This document shows positions 60,494 through 64,000 of a stretch of 64,000 nucleotides of DNA, piece after piece (the stretch's first letter is position 1; each line of letters opens with the position of its first letter). The DNA lies in contig CBFIAK010000001.1 in the NCBI GenBank assembly GCA_965660445.1, forward strand, positions 544,001-608,000. The letters run 5' to 3'. The notes beneath the pieces are model-generated. The model was not told where the DNA came from, ran no database searches, and was given only the letters and a program-made list of their open reading frames with translations. The position numbers and the translations under genes were made by a program. This DNA comes from Patescibacteria group bacterium (GTDB lineage Bacteria; Patescibacteriota; Gracilibacteria; UBA4473).

Positions 60494-60610
60494 ATGAATT
60501 ATGAGTTATGAATTATGAATTATACATAACAATCACAAGGCTGTGGTCAACCTTGTGATTTTTGTGATGGGAACAAGATTCCAGATTCTCATTCAGATTC
60601 AAGCTCTTTA
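60494..60610 (-). repeat. Modular heptamer/hairpin repeat, copy 4 (inverted relative to copies 2 and 3)
   Basis: GAATTAT run, AATCACAAGG-CTGTGGTCAA-CCTTGTGATT (60531-60560), GATTC run, AAGCTCTTTA. Confidence 0.8.
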
Positions 60611-60704
60611 TTACTGGACAAAAGATGTCTTTTGAGAGTATTATAAAAATGTTCTTTTTAAAAAAAATCATTGTTTTATTTTTTGTCTCTTAAGGAGGGA
60701 TAAT

Positions 60705-61112
60705 ATGCGGAATATACAGATATATGGTGTGTTTTTTTGTATAGGGTGGATTCTCTTATCTTGTGATTCGCCTTTACAACATCAATCATTACTCCATGAA
60801 TATGAAGATCTGGAGCTTCGATCAATCGATATGTATGAAATTGGATTAAAAAGTCAGTATGAGAAACGGTCTATTAATGGATCTCATATTGAAGAAATAT
60901 CAATATGTGAAGGGCCTGTATCTCCTTATATTTCCATTGTTTCAAGAAACTTTCTTTTTAGGATCCATCATGAAATTCCTTTGTGTCAACTTTCTATTAC
61001 AAAAAAAGGAAAAGATATAGAGTTCCATATGGAAGACCTTACAATAGCGTCGTTTCATTTCTCGTATGAAGCTGATCTCGAGAGATTCCTTTCTCGAATT
61101 GATGATTTTTAA
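60705..61112 (+). CDS. Putative small lipoprotein
   Basis: TAAGGAGG SD at 60691; hydrophobic N-terminus ending ILLSC. Confidence 0.65.
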   Translation: MRNIQIYGVFFCIGWILLSCDSPLQHQSLLHEYEDLELRSIDMYEIGLKSQYEKRSINGSHIEEISICEGPVSPYISIVSRNFLFRIHHEIPLCQLSITKKGKDIEFHMEDLTIASFHFSYEADLERFLSRIDDF

Positions 61113-61125
61113 AAGACACAAACCC

Positions 61126-61162
61126 AAAAAAAACTCGAATACACTTTTGTATTTGAGTTTTT
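61126..61162. terminator. Bidirectional terminator
   Basis: AAAAACTCGAATACA/TGTATTTGAGTTTTT stem between convergent genes. Confidence 0.65.
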
Positions 61163-61187
61163 CTTTATACCCCTTATTTTTTCTATT

Positions 61188-62021
61188 CTAGAACAGTGTG
61201 TTGAGTCGTGTTGCAAATGGTGCACCTTCTCGTTCAACACATCCCCAAATAAACCCACCTTCATACCACATGTTTCCATAATCTCCACCTTCTACGTCGC
61301 TACAATATGTAGCGGCTACTCCAGTTGGTAATTGAGACCCTCCAGATGCATTTTGAATCGCATCATATACTTGGTCTCCTGTGACGAGTCCAGCATTTCC
61401 ATCAGAAACAGATCCCATCTGCAATTGAATGTTTTTGGTCGTTGTTCCCGTAATAAGAATTTGTGATGCTTGTGGGGGATTGTTGGTAACATCCTCAACT
61501 CCTTTGTCATCGTTTGCACAAACCCATGCCGATCCAGTCCACCGTGAATACTGCCCAGCAGAACAGGTTTGTGAATCAATTGAGAATGCACCACCTACGA
61601 GCTGAAGCCCATCTCCGGCAGTGTAAGTGGTATCTTCATCTTCTCGACAGAGCCATGCACTTCCACTCCAATACGAATACTCATCAGCAGCACATGATGT
61701 GGCATCACTTGAAAATTCATCTCCTACTAATTGAAGCCCATTTCCTGCGGTATACGCCGTGCCTGTAAATCCATTGGGAAGAGATAGTTCTATTACATTG
61801 GATTCTGAGTCTTTTGCAATAATGTTAATAGTTGTTGGACTGTCACTTTCATTGAGGTATAAACTCCAAGCATTATTATTACTTATAGCTTGAGTTAATG
61901 TTTCGCTAGTTGAATCTGGAGCTGGTAAAAAGAATCGTCCTTGTCCATCTTCTACCGCTAAAGAAAGAGAAGGGATTGCGAGTGAAAAAGCAAAAACGAG
62001 AGCAAGAATATGTCTTTTCAT
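61188..62021 (-). CDS. Secreted fibre-like protein with two 43-aa Cys-containing repeats
   Basis: Signal peptide; T.YTAG.GLQLVG..FS.D...C.A..YS.W.GSAW.C twice; LVTGDQVY neck-like motif; start probably ATG 62021. Confidence 0.75.
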   Translation of the reverse strand: MKRHILALVFAFSLAIPSLSLAVEDGQGRFFLPAPDSTSETLTQAISNNNAWSLYLNESDSPTTINIIAKDSESNVIELSLPNGFTGTAYTAGNGLQLVGDEFSSDATSCAADEYSYWSGSAWLCREDEDTTYTAGDGLQLVGGAFSIDSQTCSAGQYSRWTGSAWVCANDDKGVEDVTNNPPQASQILITGTTTKNIQLQMGSVSDGNAGLVTGDQVYDAIQNASGGSQLPTGVAATYCSDVEGGDYGNMWYEGGFIWGCVEREGAPFATRLNTLF

Positions 62022-62098
62022 GTGTATTTTAAAAATCAGTTTTAGCATACAGAAATCTCAAAATCTTGTAAACTTTTTTTATACACCGTTTATGGTAT

Positions 62099-64000
62099 TT
62101 AGTTATTTGAACGAGAAAGTTCAACCCAATTAGTTCCATCATACACAAGCTGTATCGTGTCATCTGCTCCAAGTGTAAAAGAAATACCACCTGCTAATAC
62201 TAATCCAAAACCATCAACAAATTGTACTTTGTTTGGTTCACTTGTTCCTTTAAGAATAAGAACATATCCAGTTTCAACTCCAGTTCGTTCGATTTGACCA
62301 TCACCTGTTGTTAAGAGCGTTGTTGTCCCAATAGAGTTCGCTGCAATATGATAATATCCAGAAAGAGCGGGTTCGTTTACAAGCATTATTCGTTTAGCAC
62401 TTGTAAGTGTTAAGTTATTCGACAATGCTGTATTTGAAGTATGGAGTACAACCGTTCCGGTTGCATCAGGAAATGTTATGTTATTACTTGCCGCAGGATC
62501 AGTAATGACAAAATTAGTTGTATTCCCATCATCTGTAGACCCTTCAAACCTCATAGCAGTACTTCCTTGAATCCCTGCCGTGACAGTGAGATTGTCAGCC
62601 GTAGCGCTGTCTCCTAATGTGATATTTCCATTGAGAGTAGTGACACCAGAAACCGTTAAATCTCCAGCAGTAGTGATGTCGCCATTTGTTCCACTGACAG
62701 TGAAGTTACTCGTATCAACAGCAATACCACCATCGAGATTAACAAGTTGAGTTGTGGTATCTCCTTCACTAACAACATCATCTAAATCTTGGGTTTCTGT
62801 AACACTTGGAGAATCCCATGTGCCGTCACCTCGTAAAAATGTTGAGCTACTGGCTGTTCCTGTAATTCCTAAGGCAGTACTAAATTCTCCAATTGTGTCT
62901 ATATCGGCTGTCGTTCCCGAGAGCATTCCAATAATTCCATTTGCATACCCTGAAATATTGGCTTCAAGCCCCCCCATTTCATGTCTTACCGTTCCCGTTG
63001 AACTGGTTAGAAGTTGAGCTGTTGTAGGGTCAGTTACTCCATCACCAACAAGAATATGTCCATTACTCAAAATACTCATTGCTTGAAGAGCACCAGTTCC
63101 ATTTCCTAAGAGTACGCCACCATCTGTAAGTGTTCCGACACCTATACCTCCTCTTGAAACAGAGAGTGTTCCACTCCATCCAAGGGTGTGAATATTCGAG
63201 GCAGATGTAATGGTCACATTTGTATCATCTGCAAATGTTTGAGTAGCCCCTGTTTGTCCTTCTAATGAAGTAATAGCACTGGTAACGATATTACTTGATG
63301 CTACACAATTAGCTCCTGTTTGGTCACAGTATTCATTAGCACCAACTCTTCCGTTGACTTGAAGATATAAATCAGTATCAACGGTTGTGGTATTAATTCC
63401 CACTCGCGCATTGAGCATTTCTATTTCATCTGGAGAAGGAGTACTATCAAACTCAATAAGGGCTCCACTAGGAATACCCACCCATTGTTCATCGCCGAGT
63501 TCTATGTTTCCATCAAAAGCCCCATCTCCATCTTCATCTACCCAAAAAACAACATTGCCTCCTTTTGAAACACCAAACAGTTGCTGGTTTGCATCAGGAG
63601 TCGTTGCTCCTTGAATCAAAAACATAGGGTTCGTATCAGTCATTATACTTCCAGTATTAGTTGTTGAAAAAATAAGTTGGTCAGTGGAGCTTTCCTCATA
63701 CTCAATTTCCCAATCTCCATCAGATCCAAAACTAAATGGAGTTTCATCAGCAATAGTCCATTCACCAGTAATGAGGTGATCTAAGTCTTCCCCCACAAGC
63801 GTTGAACTGCCTGTTGCAGGGAGTGTTAGCGTAACGGTACTTGCCGGTTCATCCGCTTGTAAAATCACATGATTGATATTGGCTGTTGTGCCCTCGAATG
63901 TGAGTTGATTTACATCACCACTTCCCGTAAAACAATCTCCAGTTGTACAATCTCCAACAGTAGTAATATCTCCGCCACCAGTTGCAGCAATCGTAATGGT
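62099..64000 (-). CDS. C-terminal part of a large T/G/S-rich fibre-like surface protein (5'-truncated by the window edge)
   Basis: Frame stays open to base 64000; tail-fibre-like motifs GTLSVSRGG.G, FLRGDGTW, ITFPDATGTV, LVYDGTNWVE. Confidence 0.8.
   Translation of the reverse strand, partial: TITIAATGGGDITTVGDCTTGDCFTGSGDVNQLTFEGTTANINHVILQADEPASTVTLTLPATGSSTLVGEDLDHLITGEWTIADETPFSFGSDGDWEIEYEESSTDQLIFSTTNTGSIMTDTNPMFLIQGATTPDANQQLFGVSKGGNVVFWVDEDGDGAFDGNIELGDEQWVGIPSGALIEFDSTPSPDEIEMLNARVGINTTTVDTDLYLQVNGRVGANEYCDQTGANCVASSNIVTSAITSLEGQTGATQTFADDTNVTITSASNIHTLGWSGTLSVSRGGIGVGTLTDGGVLLGNGTGALQAMSILSNGHILVGDGVTDPTTAQLLTSSTGTVRHEMGGLEANISGYANGIIGMLSGTTADIDTIGEFSTALGITGTASSSTFLRGDGTWDSPSVTETQDLDDVVSEGDTTTQLVNLDGGIAVDTSNFTVSGTNGDITTAGDLTVSGVTTLNGNITLGDSATADNLTVTAGIQGSTAMRFEGSTDDGNTTNFVITDPAASNNITFPDATGTVVLHTSNTALSNNLTLTSAKRIMLVNEPALSGYYHIAANSIGTTTLLTTGDGQIERTGVETGYVLILKGTSEPNKVQFVDGFGLVLAGGISFTLGADDTIQLVYDGTNWVELSRSNN

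Noticed and set aside
1262-63614. Numerous 60-150-aa ORFs nested in or antisense to long genes
   Set aside because: Shadow ORFs of well-supported genes with no independent evidence
1-64000. Genetic code 25 (UGA = Gly)
   Set aside because: Long genes translate intact in code 11, GGA is abundant, RF2 is present, and TGA ends genes at coupled junctions such as ATGA 24581-24584
61188-64000. Prophage tail module
   Set aside because: The complete gene has a Sec signal peptide and no capsid, terminase or integrase genes are nearby; the adjacent window is needed to exclude this fully

Overview
AT-rich bacterial chromosome segment read with genetic code 11: TGA is used as a stop and an intact prfB is present. 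Gene content points to a Patescibacteria/CPR organism, probably a code-11 Gracilibacteria/Peregrinibacteria-type lineage; this is an inference from the TrbC/VirB2-like pilin fusions, PKD and giant surface proteins, and isolated ftsA-ftsZ. Scattered core genes (rpmG, infB, ftsA, ftsZ, prfB, uppP, nusA, clpB with a CIRCE operator, prfA, rplS, gatCA, ftsX, recO) and two tRNAs (Gly-TCC, Met-CAT) surround a ~28 kb largely co-oriented cell-surface cluster (21.8-50.3 kb). That cluster holds a LysM protein, two VirB2-like pilin fusions, PKD adhesins, a VirB6-like membrane protein, two large signal-less helical proteins and a ~3,380-aa mosaic protein. Other notable items are a modular heptamer/hairpin repeat family sitting only next to the two tRNA loci, a small islet integrated at tRNA-Met, a divergent RelA/SpoT-like synthetase, a degenerate riboflavin-kinase/5-FTHF cyclo-ligase fusion, tail-fibre-like adhesins, an unannotated 58-aa gene, and a split between leaderless and Shine-Dalgarno-led genes. 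All domain calls come from motif recognition by eye; no searches were run.
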